A stretch of DNA of 64,000 nucleotides, taken from positions 26,040,001 to 26,104,000 of the forward strand of contig CM097885.1 in NCBI GenBank assembly GCA_044892525.1. Reading direction: 5' to 3'. A program made the translations under genes and the position numbers. Numbering within the stretch: position 1 is the stretch's first letter; every line of letters begins with the position of its first letter. Origin of the DNA: Schmidtea polychroa (Eukaryota). Under the pieces are notes generated by a model that was given only the letters and a program-made list of their open reading frames with translations, had not been told where the DNA came from and did no database searches. Below are positions 35,091-49,489 of this stretch, piece by piece.

Positions 35091-36721
35091 AACTTTATTT
35101 GCAACGTCTGAAATTTTATCAGGAGGGCTTGTGCGTATATCGGTATCAAATCTTAAAGAATTGCAAAAAAATAATTAAAGAATTAGCTACTACACTTAGT
35201 AAAATACACAAAATATATAAATATTTTATAAACAGCAAAGTTCAAGATAGGGAATCGTAAGGAGTAATAAAATATTACAATTGAACCAGTTGCTGTGGCA
35301 AAAGTTTAAATTTGCACTGATAATTATGATGCCACTTTTATCATTTTCACTTTGACGCCCATTCTAGTGCAATGGTTGATGAAATGGAAAATCTCAGATA
35401 GACGAAACTTTTAATGAAATCCGAAATTAACAATTGCATAGATTTTTTTCAAATCTTTATGGACCTCCTCATATTGCTTTAAGCACTTACTAACATCCCG
35501 CTAAAATCGGAGAGCTCGCTCAAGTAAACGGCGCAGAAAAACTATTCCGAATAAACGGAATAGTACAACTGCCATTTCGTGTTGAACGCATCATATTAAT
35601 TACTTGCTATGTGAAGTGGCTATGATCCGAAAAAAATGTGCGATGTTAGGTTGAGAAATGATTTCATTTTTAGAAAAATATATATAACCCAAACTCAAAA
35701 TCCGAGGCTGTATAGTTTAGTTCATATTATATCAAAACTCTCAAAATAAATCTTTACTTTCCAAAAATTCAATCGTGACTAAAATTTTACAATGGGTTGA
35801 TTTAATTGTGGCAGAAATTCACAAACTGGTTAATGTGTTTTAGGTTACCCTGTGACTAAAAATTCGTCGATTCAGTAATAGATTCATTAATACAAATTTG
35901 TATTATTTTAATTCTACTAAATTTAGAATCTTCATTTTTATCAATTTTGATGGCGACTTTTCGTAAATAATTATTTATTTTGTTTTCTAATTTTTATATT
36001 TTATTTATTTTTAATTAATTTCGCCGCCATATGGATATTTTAGTTTTCTGTTCATTTCTATTGTAAATATTTTATCCCTATTTCATTTTCTGATGTTATT
36101 TTATGTAAATATTTCTAATTTCCATTCCTATCTCTCCGTATCGCCAATAATTCCAATTTGCTTTTACTTCTGTTATTTATATAATAGATACTGTTTATGT
36201 TGTGTTTGCGTGTACTTCATGTAATACTTCTTGCTTTGTTTCATTTTAGTTGATATTTGTATTTATTATTTTTGTGTTGAGTGGATTCTAGTCGGTTGTT
36301 TAATTGATGTTTAGACGAGTTTGATTTTAATTCAACTTGATGTTAGGTTTACGTGCTATGTCCCGAAATATTCCAGTCCCGATTCAGCCACTTGTACTCA
36401 AAATCAGTTCTAGCCCAAAATTACTGTCTTTATTGTAGTTTCATTCATGGAGAAAACTTTAGAAATATCAATTGAAAAATTGTCAGCGTAGATACTGCCA
36501 AATCCGCAAAGTTGGCAAAGTTGGTCAAGAGAAGCTAGGGAATAAGAAGGTGAATATTATCTTTTGCCAAAGCATAAACACCGAGCAGAGAATCGGTCAA
36601 ACTTGTAAAACTTTGGTTATTGATTATTTAATTTCGAGAGAAATATTTTTGTGATTCAAATATACATGGGGTAGTTTATTGTTTTGATTAAAAGGACATG
36701 CGGAGTCAGAGGTTACCGACT

Positions 36722-36877
36722 NNNNNNNNNNNNNNNNNNNNNNNNNNNNNNNNNNNNNNNNNNNNNNNNNNNNNNNNNNNNNNNNNNNNNNNNNNNNNNN
36801 NNNNNNNNNNNNNNNNNNNNNNNNNNNNNNNNNNNNNNNNNNNNNNNNNNNNNNNNNNNNNNNNNNNNNNNNNNNNN
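36722..36877. other. Assembly gap (N run)
   Basis: Ns in the sequence. Confidence 1.
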
Positions 36878-39443
36878 ACATTAGTTTACTGTGAACATAA
36901 TTGGACCCAAATTTCGGGAATAATTGGCCAACATAAAAAAACATTTAAAGTCATATAGTTAAGAACTTATGAAAAAGGAAATTCGTCACATTGAACTTTA
37001 TCCCAGTAGCGTCACTACAGTTGGTGTCACCCAGTGCGGTAACTCATTGTGTCACCCCACTCACGACATCCCTGAACCATGTGCCCTCCAGTTCCCGGAA
37101 CCGTCCCTTGAACTTAGTAAGCCTTGCTTGCAATCCTTCGGCTTGTTGTTTGGCTTGTTCCCACTCCTGATGTAAGTTCGCGAACAGCTTGAACACTGAA
37201 TACAGAAAAATGGGATAAACGGGTTTTCTCTGTTGGGTTAATAATTAGTGGTTCGATAGAAAACGCCAACCCGGAAGTGCCTCTCCTTTTGTACTATTGC
37301 TACTAGTCAGGTGTTATTCTCTATCCCTATTGTTTAATTGAATGCATTACCTCAGCAGTATGATGGCGTCTTATCGCCTCATTTACTATATCCTTAAAAC
37401 ATAAGCGCATCGAATCGCAGCGAGATTAAGCGAGATCTATTTTGTAGAATGCGCATACACGCGAATGTGGTCCGAGGAAATCGTTACATTTTTATTATAT
37501 GATCTTACTACGATGATCAACACATCCAAAGACAACATAAATTGAATTCCCCAGCAAACTTGAAACGAAATCATATGATTCAGCCTTAACACTGGTTGAA
37601 ATATTTACTTGATGTAAACAGGAATTCAAAAATCATTTAAGTTCTTTCAGTGTAATGAACGATGGAGTCAACGAGTCATTAAAACGATCTTCAAATTAAA
37701 CACTATCTAATAAAACCGAAATACGTTAGAAAACTGAGTATAAATAAAAATTAATAACATCAAATGAGTCAAAATACAGAGACACAGATTACGCAAATGA
37801 AACCAATTGAAATCGGAGACAGCTAAATACAGTGATAGATAAGTGAGTGCGTCCCAATCGCGAAAAGATAGATCGTCAGACGGTGGACTTCACTGACCCA
37901 GTAGGACTTTGCGAGGTCGGCCTCGCTTCCTGGGCGTAGTGGTTGTTGGTGCCCGGGGTTCGCCTGACTTCTTTCGCGGGTGGTCTATTCCGCGCTGAAT
38001 GGCGGCAGTTCTTTTTGGGTGGTATTGTGACTTTGCCGTCCCGTCCGGGTCTCCAAGCTCGCCGGCCAGAGTTTCCGTCTCTAATCTACGTAGCCGACCC
38101 ACAGCACACCGAATGTAAGTCGAAGGCACGCATCAGGTCTAACTTAATCCAGTTGATGTACGGTTCGATCTTTGGGTCCACCAACGAGATGTCTTCATGT
38201 ATCCATTCGTGAATCTTGTAGCATATCCACCTGATCAGGGATTGGTCGAATGTATACCTGGGAGAAAGGGGTGGACCTACGTCATTGACTGTAGTAGACC
38301 CATGCGGCAAATTAGCTGAAGAAACACTGTCCTTGGCCATTGTACGGCGCTTCGTTTGTTCAGGCATGACTAAATTATATTATACAGCTAACACTATCTT
38401 CAAATGATTAATTCCAATAATAACATCACGACTCTTATGACCACATCGGCTCTTTCTAGCTTGTAAAATGTTTCATTTTTAAAATAGTAATATGGAACGG
38501 AATTATCACATAATAAATATTATTTATTAATTGGTAAGATTTGGAAACGGTTATATTAGAACAGTAATTAAATTTTTTATTGGAAAACATTTGTGAAAGT
38601 TACATTTTATTGCTACCAAATTTAAAGTAAAATTGAAACATTATTTTTGTTGCCATTTTGAAAATTTAATTTTTTAAGATATTTGAAGTTAATTATTAAT
38701 TTTGGAAAGATATGCTTGACTGGATTAGAGTAGGAAATAACGTTGGAATTTTTGTGCTATAGTTTTTGTTTTTAATTTTGAATTATCTTTTATTAAATTT
38801 GCCTTCATGATGGATTTGGGCATTTCCAGAACATTCCATATCAAATTAATTTAAATTTTATTTTAGAATCGTTTTTTATGTATTCTTTTTAATGATTTTT
38901 ATTTTTTAAACTGAATTATTTATTTTCATTAACTTTTATTGTATTTAATGGCATCCATGATGGATTTCGCCATTTTTATGGATTGTTCTGGGTTTATGTC
39001 TAGAATTTTCCTTTATTTTAGGTTTTCTACAGTTTTTCGACTTCATTCGAGTTTGTTTTTGCAATTTGTGCTTTTCTGTTATATTTGAGTCAGTTTTCAT
39101 GTGATACTTCTTGCATTTGTTTTGTTTTATTTCTTAATTTAGATGTTTCTTTTTTGGGTTATTTTTGCACTTTATTTTCATTTGTTTATTTGATGTGGTA
39201 TATTTTCTATTTAAATAAACTTAATGGAAGGTATGCGTGTTATGTGCCACCACATTTCGTAACATTTTCAAGATTTGGGTCTAGAATTCAGTTCTAGCTC
39301 AACAAAATGCGATAGAAGAAAAAATTAATTCAAGGTCGGTTGGTAAAAGATTGTAAGAAGTTAAAAACTAAGAACTACATAGAAAATATATTTTAATTGT
39401 CATTTTAACATTAAAGTTTATGTCATATTAAATCTTGACTAAA

Positions 39444-40516
39444 TCAAAACTTTCTTTTCATGGGCTTTAGAGCTTCAAATTTGTTAATTACTTCATCGAA
39501 ATCAACTCCTTTCGCTAAATCACTTTCAATTGATAATACTGGAAGATCAGAAACCCTTGGCTGTCCCATGGTAGATCGCAAATAATTTATTATAAACTTT
39601 ACCTTTGAAAAACTCCTCTCACATGAAACCACAGACACCAAGATTGTAAGAAATAATTTTAGGTTCACTAAGAGATATAAGAGAGATTCTAGGAAGTTCC
39701 ATTCAGCTATGAATTTTAAAACGTCAAGTACTGACCAGTCTTTGGCTTCTTCAAGATCAATCTCTGCTGCCACCAGGTACCTTCTAAGCCTTGATATTTC
39801 TAATAAAACCTCTTCCTCTGATAACTCATCATAGAAAGTGGTCAATTTTGAATGGACACCAGTAACTCTTCTTCAGTGAAGATAATAAACTCTTGGCTTG
39901 AACAACCTCAAACATGACTGCTACTTCCCTGAAGGTTCTTGATTTGATCTGGAGTTCCAAATTGAAAACGATCAATATTCTCAAGCATCACTCTCTTGTT
40001 TTCTTCTAGCAGAGTTAGTCCAGCATCTTTTGTCTTCTAACATGTCATCCTCTTCTTGAACCTGGGTCTACTATCTACTGAAATTCCATATTGGTCTGAT
40101 TTTAAAAGCACCCGTTAAATTGCCTGTTCCACAAGATCATTGCGCTGATCTTTCATAAAAAGTCTTTGCGTCTCTAACTTTAACATCACTTTGCTCTTAG
40201 TCTGAAGGTACAGCTGTGTAAGATTAACTTCTTCAATTACATCACACAAAAGGAAGAGGTAGCACAGAAAAATGAAATTGCAGACAGCAGGTAAGAGACC
40301 TTGAGCTGTACCTTTTGTGTCTAAATTTTCATCTGGATTACTTAGAGCTTCAATTGACGCCACACATTCATCGATCTTTTCTTTCACTGACTTTACTGCA
40401 GCATGATGGAAACTCCAGCGTATTACCACAATACACAATATAGATACCATAAATTCCATGCTATAAACATCAACTTCAAAATCACAAACATCCAATACAA
40501 CGACAAAAACAAACAC
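39444..40516 (-). pseudogene. hAT (ZMYM1-like) transposase remnant
   Basis: LKLFLTILVSVVSCERSFSKVKFIINYLRSTMGQPRVSDL.VLSIE dimerisation domain, plus upstream FIFLCYL...DVIEEVNL..LYLQ. Confidence 0.88.
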
Positions 40517-40667
40517 TATTGTAGGTTATGTTAGACATGAACTAGCTAACTGTATGAAAAAGCCGCAGTGTAGCTGCGGAGAGCTGATCTACGGCCCAAA
40601 ATTCGATACATGCAAAACCATATCACATTTTTGTGTGTATAACTAAAAGAACAAAGATATATTTGTA

Positions 40668-40735
40668 CAGTAAAACCTCTCTAAATTGGAAATTTTAGTT
40701 TCGAAAAATATTTCCGATTTAGAGAGGTTTTACTG
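40668..40735. mobile_element. 68-bp minimal pogo/Tigger-type MITE
   Basis: 25-bp TIRs CAGTAAAACCTCTCTAAAT(T/C)GGAAA (24/25 match), 18-bp spacer, TA on both sides. Confidence 0.88.
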
Positions 40736-40894
40736 TATTTCAAAAATACAATACAATTCTTCCCAAAATAATGGAAATCAATGGATAATATAAATGCAAA
40801 GATTTCATTTGTATGGCCATCAAATTATCCCACATTTCCAAATAACCTTGCTGGCCGAAGAAAATCGACTACTGATTACTATTTTTAATTCTTA

Positions 40895-41626
40895 ATGGGA
40901 TGTTGCTGTTCTATCGATAGAGAAAAGCGAGTAAAAACCTTCAAGTATTTTGTGAAATCAAATCGAAGAATTGGAAATTCAACGAAAAAGACAAGTTTAC
41001 GAAATAGTCAGACTTATGATCCTTCCCCTAGGAAACATGAAAAGAAATTATTAATCGAGAATTATGTAAAACAACACACCCCTAAATCTTGTGAAAGTAT
41101 CACTTATAGCTTTGATTCACTGGAAAATGTAAAAACCTTTCCGTACCAAGGTGACATTGAACACGTCATTCCACCGATTTATCCAAAGGGTATATTTGAA
41201 ATTAAAACTGGAAAAGGTCTTTGTTACGTTTGTAATATTCATGTTAAAGATGATCTAAGAACGACGAGAGATTATCTAGATGTTAATAAAATCGACTTCC
41301 AAGTCGTGACGCCCTACATAAGAACTTCGATTTTTCAGTCGGAACATATTAAGAATTGGAAAGATTCGCAAAAACACCCAAGTAGACGTTTGTATCAAAA
41401 GTTTAAATTTAATTTCGGAGTCACTTTAAAAATTAGCCAGCATTTCGTCAGCAGAAAGGGTGTTATCATGCGATGCTACTCGTTTATTGGGAAGAATATC
41501 AACAATGTGTTAAAGGCAACTAATTGGTGTTTATTGCACTTGAAAGAGTTTCAACACGTTTCCTGCGAAACCGGATGCAATTCAATTTTAGATAAGGAAG
41601 AATTACTTTCTGGAATTTGTTATTGA
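40895..41626 (+). CDS. Intronless orphan ORF, 243 aa, with an N-terminal MGCCCS lipidation motif
   Basis: A 732-nt open frame in AT-rich DNA with protein-like composition; no family recognised. Confidence 0.6.
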   Translation: MGCCCSIDREKRVKTFKYFVKSNRRIGNSTKKTSLRNSQTYDPSPRKHEKKLLIENYVKQHTPKSCESITYSFDSLENVKTFPYQGDIEHVIPPIYPKGIFEIKTGKGLCYVCNIHVKDDLRTTRDYLDVNKIDFQVVTPYIRTSIFQSEHIKNWKDSQKHPSRRLYQKFKFNFGVTLKISQHFVSRKGVIMRCYSFIGKNINNVLKATNWCLLHLKEFQHVSCETGCNSILDKEELLSGICY

Positions 41627-44600
41627 TGAATTTCCCATATTTTGATTAAAGAACTTTCAAATTAATTCTTTGCCCTTTTGATTTCTTTTCAAATTACGTC
41701 CAAATATTAGTGGTTACTTATAATTAATGGTTAAATCCTTTACACCGGCGGTTTATATTTTACTGGCACATCGGCAAGATCATAAATCTGCAATCAATTG
41801 TACCGGAAGATCGCAATAGAAAACTTATATCAAGACTGAGATGCTCCTGGTATGGTGTCATCAGTGGGCCAGATGTTGTCACACATCATAGGCCTAGGGA
41901 GAGACGGTCACTTGTATCATCCGGAACGACGTCGGTTGAGAGGGTGTTAGCAATGGCATCATCGGCGACAGTACTGGAGAAACTGTGAATAAGATTGCTT
42001 CCGTAGCGGCTCTCTCGTCTCGTTTACGTTTAGATTTCTCTGCCCGAGTCATTCGCTTTCACTTTGGGCGAGAGATAACATTGCCGGTAACGAGTCGGTT
42101 GTTCGTTGCTTGAGAATCGGTTGGAGGAAGCACTGGCTTAGTGGGCGCTTCGCTGTTGCTGATGTATAGGACATCAGGAAAGGGGTGCGGAGATTCCGCG
42201 CCGTGCCTCGTACACGAAGGTTTATAAGAAAATAGCAGGTCGTCACGCAGGCGATGCGCTGGAAAAACATTGTTTTTATCGAGGACAGGGCATTCGGAAA
42301 TCCGTTTTTTGAGTTCGGACTCCATGTATATCATATGGAGTGCTTCTCATTGCGGCTTGATAGTGAGGCGCAGGTTTCTATTTTCCTCAAGGATACTATC
42401 CATGCAATGTTCAAGCATCAATAACTTTCTATTGTGTTCCAAGGGGTAAACCAAGTACCCTCCAGTAAATCTATTCTCTTTTTTAGGGATCCTATTTTTG
42501 TCTGTCCTTGTCGGATAGCGACATTCTTGTCCGTGCAGGAAAAGCACGGGTTGAGGTTGGGTTTTTGCAAGTCTGGTCAAGACATTTTCTAGAATGAGGT
42601 GGTTTTAATCGAAAATATTTACAATAACATCGGTCAAGGAAATCGATCTACAAATAATTCATCCACATCGCACTTCACACATTCATTCGAACATTGTCTT
42701 TAAGGAGGGTAATTGAAGACGCTAGACCCGACTGAGGGATGACGATGGAAGATACTTGCTCTATTCGTTCGACTCTAGTTTTCTATCCCCTTCATTGGTC
42801 AAACAATCGTCATGCTAGATTATTGTTATCATTAGAATTAAAATGTCATTATTGACTTAGTAATGTTAGCCGTATTTCAATTAACCCCAATGTCAAAAAT
42901 TCTTTTAATTTCGATTTTATTACCACCCTGCTTTAGCATAACTAATATTCTGCTTATTATGACTAACGAAATCTTTACGTTTAACTTTATTCACATCATT
43001 TATTAATACTTAATAATATTTTGGTGATTCGACAATTTACTTAATTTAATTCTGTTCGTACTATGTATTAATGGCATTTAGATCATTATCTCTATCGAGA
43101 TTTTCAATTTTAATTTTAACAGCTTCCGGTATCAGCACTATTAGTAGTCTATTTGTACGATTTTGAGATACTGAATTGAATTTTACTATTGTCCGAGTGA
43201 AATTTATTTATGTTATTTTATTTAACTTATTTTAAGTTTGCAAGCGTAGGTTCTAGGTTGAAATATATAGTCTAATAATAAATATTTTAATGAAGTGTGA
43301 ATTCATTTAACTTTATATAAATTAAATTTACTTCTATTTAATTTTTTTAACTCTGTCTTACAAGTTACAGTCTTACATTAGCTGCCAGCAATCATTTTAT
43401 ATGGACGCTGGACTGGACGGGCCCCAGTTTGAATTGCAGCCAGGGGCCCCGTGCAAGCTTAATCCGCCCCTGAGTTACATGAACATCATGAATAAATAAA
43501 TAAAACTTACATTGGTTTCCAAATGGTTGATTCTCAATTCACAAAAGAAATTTTCTAGATGCTAAATCTTGAAATTGTAATTATTGAAGTTCCGTGATGA
43601 AAATGGTTATGAAATCTTGTCGATCCTGTTAGTTTTGAAATAGCACTTAAAATTGTTTACAAAAAAAATTAAAGTCTACCTGTTAGTTTTGAAATAGCAT
43701 TGAATAATCAATCTCAGATGTGGGTATTTATATTATTTCGTCGCACTTTCATCCAATCTGGATTAAGCGATGTTGTATTTTGTTTCTTTTCTATTTTATT
43801 TAGTTTTTTATTGTTATTTTGCTAATTTTTAATGATTTTCCACTTTATTTATTTTCTTTTATTCTTTCCTAAAAACAATTTTATTTTAATTTTAATGAAT
43901 GCTCTATTTTGGTGTCTTTTATTTTTTTTTCTTATTTATTAATTTTCTACTTATTTCCTTTGAATTATTATTTTAGTTACTAATTTTTATTTTCTATTAT
44001 CTAATTAGTTATTTTTAAGTTTTTCGTCATCCGATTAATTATTATTTATTTTTAATTTTTCCCATCATCTGGTTGACTCTTCAATGCTACACCTCTTACT
44101 TAAGAAACATGATCTTATATTCCAGACAAGAAGGAAAATTAAAGAAAGATTAACCATTATATAATTTGTGAATTTTTCACAACGTATTTCTCCTGGCCCA
44201 ACATATGCATCGGTAAAGTAAATTTTAAGAAACAGGAATGTATAGAAATTCCGCTAGCATTGTAATATTTGTTACATTATTTCCGTCTCAGTGCATCCGC
44301 GCTAAAACACAAGAAGACAACGCGTCGACAAGACCTCGTACGCTGCTTTTATACGAATCACAGCCGTACAAGAATTGTCAGTTGAGATTGTGCTATAATA
44401 CGTATGTATATCAGAATAATGCCATAATATGTTATGTATTATCCAATTTGTATTATAATATAAGACATTCTTTTGAAACCTTTTTCTTCAGATATTTTCT
44501 TTTTTTAATTCATTGTTCAATAAGGATTGCTATCTCGAATTTTAAGTACTTTAATATAACGTTGTAAGCATAGAATACCAACTAGTCTGTCAACATCATT

Positions 44601-44779
44601 ATGCCATTTTATAGTTCTGCCAAATATTAGAATATCATTTAGATTGATGATTATAGATTGTGGTGATTTGCACCTATTTGATCCATTTATATTTATTGAT
44701 TTTTATTTTCAGCATCGAAAAAAATCGATTTTCAGTGTAAATTACTTTATTATTGTTTGAGGAATGTAAGTAATTTTTT

Positions 44780-45730
44780 TAATAATGATAATAATAATTA
44801 ACAATAACAATAATAACAGTAATAATAATAGTAATAAAAAATAATCATAATAAAACAGTAACGATAATAATAAATATTGAAAGTAATAATACAAAAATAA
44901 TAATAATAACATTAATAATAATAATGGTGGGATTGGAAAGAAAACAAAAAAATTAATATATAAAAGGAAGGCATAACAAATATTGGTAAAATCAATAAAA
45001 GTGCAAAATTAATTGAAACTTAATAAAAATCAAAAATCAATATTCAACGGGGGTATCGAGTATGGTTGAACGTTAAAATTGATAGACGAGTTCAGAAATT
45101 ATAATGAAAATTTAATAAGGGGTTCACAGAGAAAGTTAATGCGAAAAAACAAATTAATTTATCTGTAAAGAAAACCCCGAGCTCATGGGAAACCCTAGCG
45201 CTGTAAGAAACCCGAATATTCCGAGCGCCAATCTAGATAATTAACACATTAAGAAACACTCAAATGTTTACCTGAGATTCCCGGCAGATAATTAATTGCA
45301 ATTCTTTAGATAATTGCCCTCGCAGAAACAATATAAAAAGTGAGATCAGAAACAGACAGGTTGGTCGACGAAATAAAGATAAGATCAGAGATTCAGGCGA
45401 TCAGTGATCATGGAACAAAATATAGTAATTGTAAAAAAAGTTTTAACTCTCGAACCAGAAAAAGGGATTGCCTCTTGGGTTATCTACCTTAGCGAGTAAT
45501 ATTTATATTGAGCGAAAATTACAAATATATTGACAAATTGTAATTTGATTGAAATTGAATAAAGTTATTCTGCGTTGGTTTTCGCTTTATTTGTTAAAAT
45601 AAAAACCCGAGGAGTAACAAGGAACCGACCTGAAAAATAAAACCCAACAACAACAACAATAATAATAACAATAACAATATTATTGATAATAATAATTGAT
45701 CAATAATAATTGTAATAATAACAATAATAG
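44780..45730. repeat. (AAT/AAC)n-rich simple repeats flanking a decayed repeat fragment
   Basis: AAT/AAC runs at about 44780-44925 and 45645-45730. Confidence 0.7.
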
Positions 45731-48700
45731 TAGTGATAATTTATCATTATTTAAAAATTTATATTTATATAACAATTTTCTAATTTAAACTAAGTATGGG
45801 TACCTTAACAAAAAAAAGAAGAGAATAGGAGAATAATTTATTGGTTCAACGCAATTTAAACTTTTTGCTTTCCTTTTTCATATACTCGGATAATTTTTGA
45901 GACTTCCAATTCTTCCCAATTTATTGAGATCTTTTTTGTTTTATTTTTTAGCTATCCTCAACAATTTTAGGCACCCCAATATTAGTAATCCAACTTCTTT
46001 AACACTGGTTAAGAAAATTAATGCCAACCTTCGTAACCTTACTGCTTCCATAGTAGAGGGACACCATCCTTAGAACGGCCGAGTTATTTTATAATGGAGA
46101 TTTTGCAATATACAAGAATTGACATGTTAAAAAAATTACACCAATATTATAAAATAAATTTTTATAAACTTTGCGGGTTTATCAAATTTCTTTGCTATTT
46201 TAACACGTTTGTAAATATTATACATAAGAAATACCTCAAATATAATTATTTATTTTAAAAGTAAAATAATCAGTAATAAATAATTTAGGACGTTAAAATT
46301 ATCGTAAATTTTGCTGATTAAATAATACCTTCAGAACAATGTTGTATCTAGTTAGATAATAAAAAACGAAAGTTGAGCAGAATAAAATTTAAAATTATCT
46401 TTGTTTAAGTAAGATGATTTATCTATGTAACTATTTGAAATAATTTTATTCTTGGTATTCATAAAATGAGACGGTGGTTAAAATCACATTACATTATTTG
46501 CTATGCAATTTGTATTTTCATTTATATATTTGCTCATTGTTATCCTAAGGAGGGATCGATGTTGGAAGCATGTATCAATCAATGTCAATCAAATAGTCCC
46601 ATCATTTTTAGATGGAGTAATTTGATTTTTCATTTAAATTTTTACTAAATATTTTTAGGTCACATTTCTCACTGTTTTTGCTTTTTCATGTGCTTTATCA
46701 AGTAGATCGAAAATTTATATATTGAATTGGCGATTTCTTAGTAAAAACTTGACTAATGTTATTGATTTGATTATATAATAATGATGATAATAAGCTCATC
46801 AGTATGATATATTGCGCAAAGGGGTTTGATAATATCTGTTATTTTGTTTTCTCTTTTTGACGATATTAATGTATAATTGAATTAGTTTATCGTTTACACT
46901 TATGATTTTGTAATAATTTATCGATTTAACAATAGAAAAAATAGTTATTGATATTCGATTATTCGATCAACTGGCGGCTCATCTGTTTTTGAGCTCTTTT
47001 TCATACTCTTTCTGAGAGGGCAGTTATCTACAGAATTTAAGATTATTGAAAATAATTAGTGTTAAGAGAACCTTGTGTAAATATTTTGAGGCTTATCACA
47101 TTGTTTTAATTTATTTACCTGCTTTCCTATCTAATCGGTCAGGTCTAAATGCGCTTCGGCTTTTCTCTAGCGCTCGAGCTTCCTATTAGGTCAGACTTCC
47201 CATTACTTGTTAATTAATTTGTTTTTGTTATAACTTTCCCTATGAACAACTTACTAAATTTTCATTTTTATTTCTGAATTTTTCTTTCAGTTTGGCGTTT
47301 AACCATACCCATTTACCGCGTTCAATATTAGTTCTCGTTTTTTATTAAATTTTTGTACTTTTGTTTGGAGATTTTTATTGATTTTAATAATATTTATCAC
47401 ACTTTCTTTTTATTTGTTTTCAGGTTTAAATACTAACCCCAACAATAATAAGGAATGAGACTAAAGAAAACTGCCTTAAGTAGAAAATGAATTTGATATA
47501 GATTTAGTAGAAATTTCTCTTTGGGTCTTGTTTCAAAATTTTAACTCTGGTTTAACTGTTTGTCTCGCCTAGTAACTCAGTTTCAAAATAGATTATTTGC
47601 CTGAATGGAGCCGAAAAAGTTTAGCTATCTCATTTTAATTTAACAGGCTGCAACCATACCTGTTTTTAATAAAATTGATCATGTTGAGGTTTTAAAAGTA
47701 AATTATTAAATTATATATTTCAGATTAAAAGGAAAGCCGAAATTGAATGGCGGCCAAGCAGAGAAGCAATGGCAAAGAAAGATATGATAAAAACAGAACT
47801 ATAAAAGGGTACAATCAGACATGAAATGGGAAAATGCGCAAACCTGAGGAAGTTGAATAAAGTGAAAAGTTATCGAAATCGAAGCTGGAAAACGGGAGAG
47901 GGGTAGGTTAGGGGATGGTGAAGAAGACAATGAGCAAGAAATTGTTAGAAAATGTTTAGAAAGGGTCGTAAAACAGGCAAATAAAAAACACAAAATATTA
48001 ATTAATTAATTTATTGGCTAATGGGAAAACCCGAGCGCGGCAATTTGAGAGGATAAACAAATGGGAAGTCAGAGAGCAATTATCCAAACAGCCGGATAAA
48101 CGAGGGTAAACAAAAGAAGGGGAATCAGGAAGAGGGTCAACCGAAACAGTTAATTAGGGAATGATAACTAAGGAAGTCAAAACTAATTAGGTCAAAAATA
48201 GGGCAATTACAACGATTATGGGAGTATATAAGGAAACTCCAAATTCACATAATCGGCAATAGCCTTAGGTAGGGAAGAAGAAACCGAAATTAAGAGTTAG
48301 AGGAATAGAATAAAAGAAGAAAAAGAATTATAGGAAAAATTAAAGAGTTGGACAAGGAGCGTCAAAAAAAATTGGATCAGAGAGTGGAACTAAATCAAAA
48401 GGTGAAACTTAATTTTTACTCGTACAAGGTTGAGACCTTCCAGAGCAGAGTCTGATCTGAAATTGCGTGAGAATTATGGTTAACCAGTTGTGTAATTAAT
48501 TGTGAGAGTTGTAAATCTTTATAAAACAAATATACGTTGGAAGTTTGAGTTTATTGATTTTGGAACACGTGAAGTCAGAGTAACCAACGGTTGATTTTGA
48601 TATCATAAAACCCAACAATTAGTTTATGATTACTTAACTACTTTCTATATTTTAAATGACCCCAATCGATTTAATATTATTATACCCGCATTCATATTAG

Positions 48701-49149
48701 TATACCCTAACATCCTTCTCGAAAAATATAAAATTTTCATTTTTTCATGATATTTTAATTAATTTTGCATTTCACTTTTATTCTCGAAATTTTGTATTTT
48801 ATTAAATTTGAACACAATCCTATGTCTCCGCATCAATTTTATATATTCCCAACAAAACTGATTAATTAAAAAACGATTAAAAAATAATTGGGAAATATGG
48901 GGATATATATTACGGTATAAATTATTGGTACTCAATTAAGAGATACAAATTGTAGTTTAATCCTGACTTTCAATAGATCTTCTACTCATAGTATCATACT
49001 CATTGGCAAAAGTGGAATCTGCCATAAATAAAGGTAGAGAATCGGACTGATGGTGCATCAAAAAACATCATGTAGACATAACCGTAAGTCGAGTTGAAAT
49101 AAAAACACGTAAAACACAATTTAAATCCGTTAAATGGAACCAAAACTTG

Positions 49150-49489
49150 CGGTGGCGTAGCTAGAGTACTTGGCGCCCAGGGGCAGGGATATTTTTGGCG
49201 CCCTGGGCTTACTATAAAATTTTTTTTGTGATATTGAAATAGACATATGTAAAAATGCCAAATATAAAATGCATATTAATAAATTCTAAAATAATATTTT
49301 AAAAAAATATAAAAATATAACAAAACTAGAAAAAAACTGGAAAACAGAAAAATAAAATCCCTTTTTCATCGTATATTTTAAAAAATTTTCAATGCTTGGC
49401 TATATTTATATATATTGCGTTCAATCCGGCGCCCCAAAAATTGTGGCGCCCGGGGCAACTGTCACCCTCACCCCCTCGCTACGCCACTG
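49150..49489. mobile_element. hAT-type MITE, copy 2 (same family as 17623-17968)
   Basis: Near-identical internal sequence and TIRs; no TSD recognised. Confidence 0.88.

Noticed and set aside
1311-42349. Several in-frame TGAs as evidence of a variant genetic code or selenocysteine
   Set aside because: The penton TGA aligns with Leu, TGA is a true stop in SAP18, and TGG encodes the conserved Trp residues.
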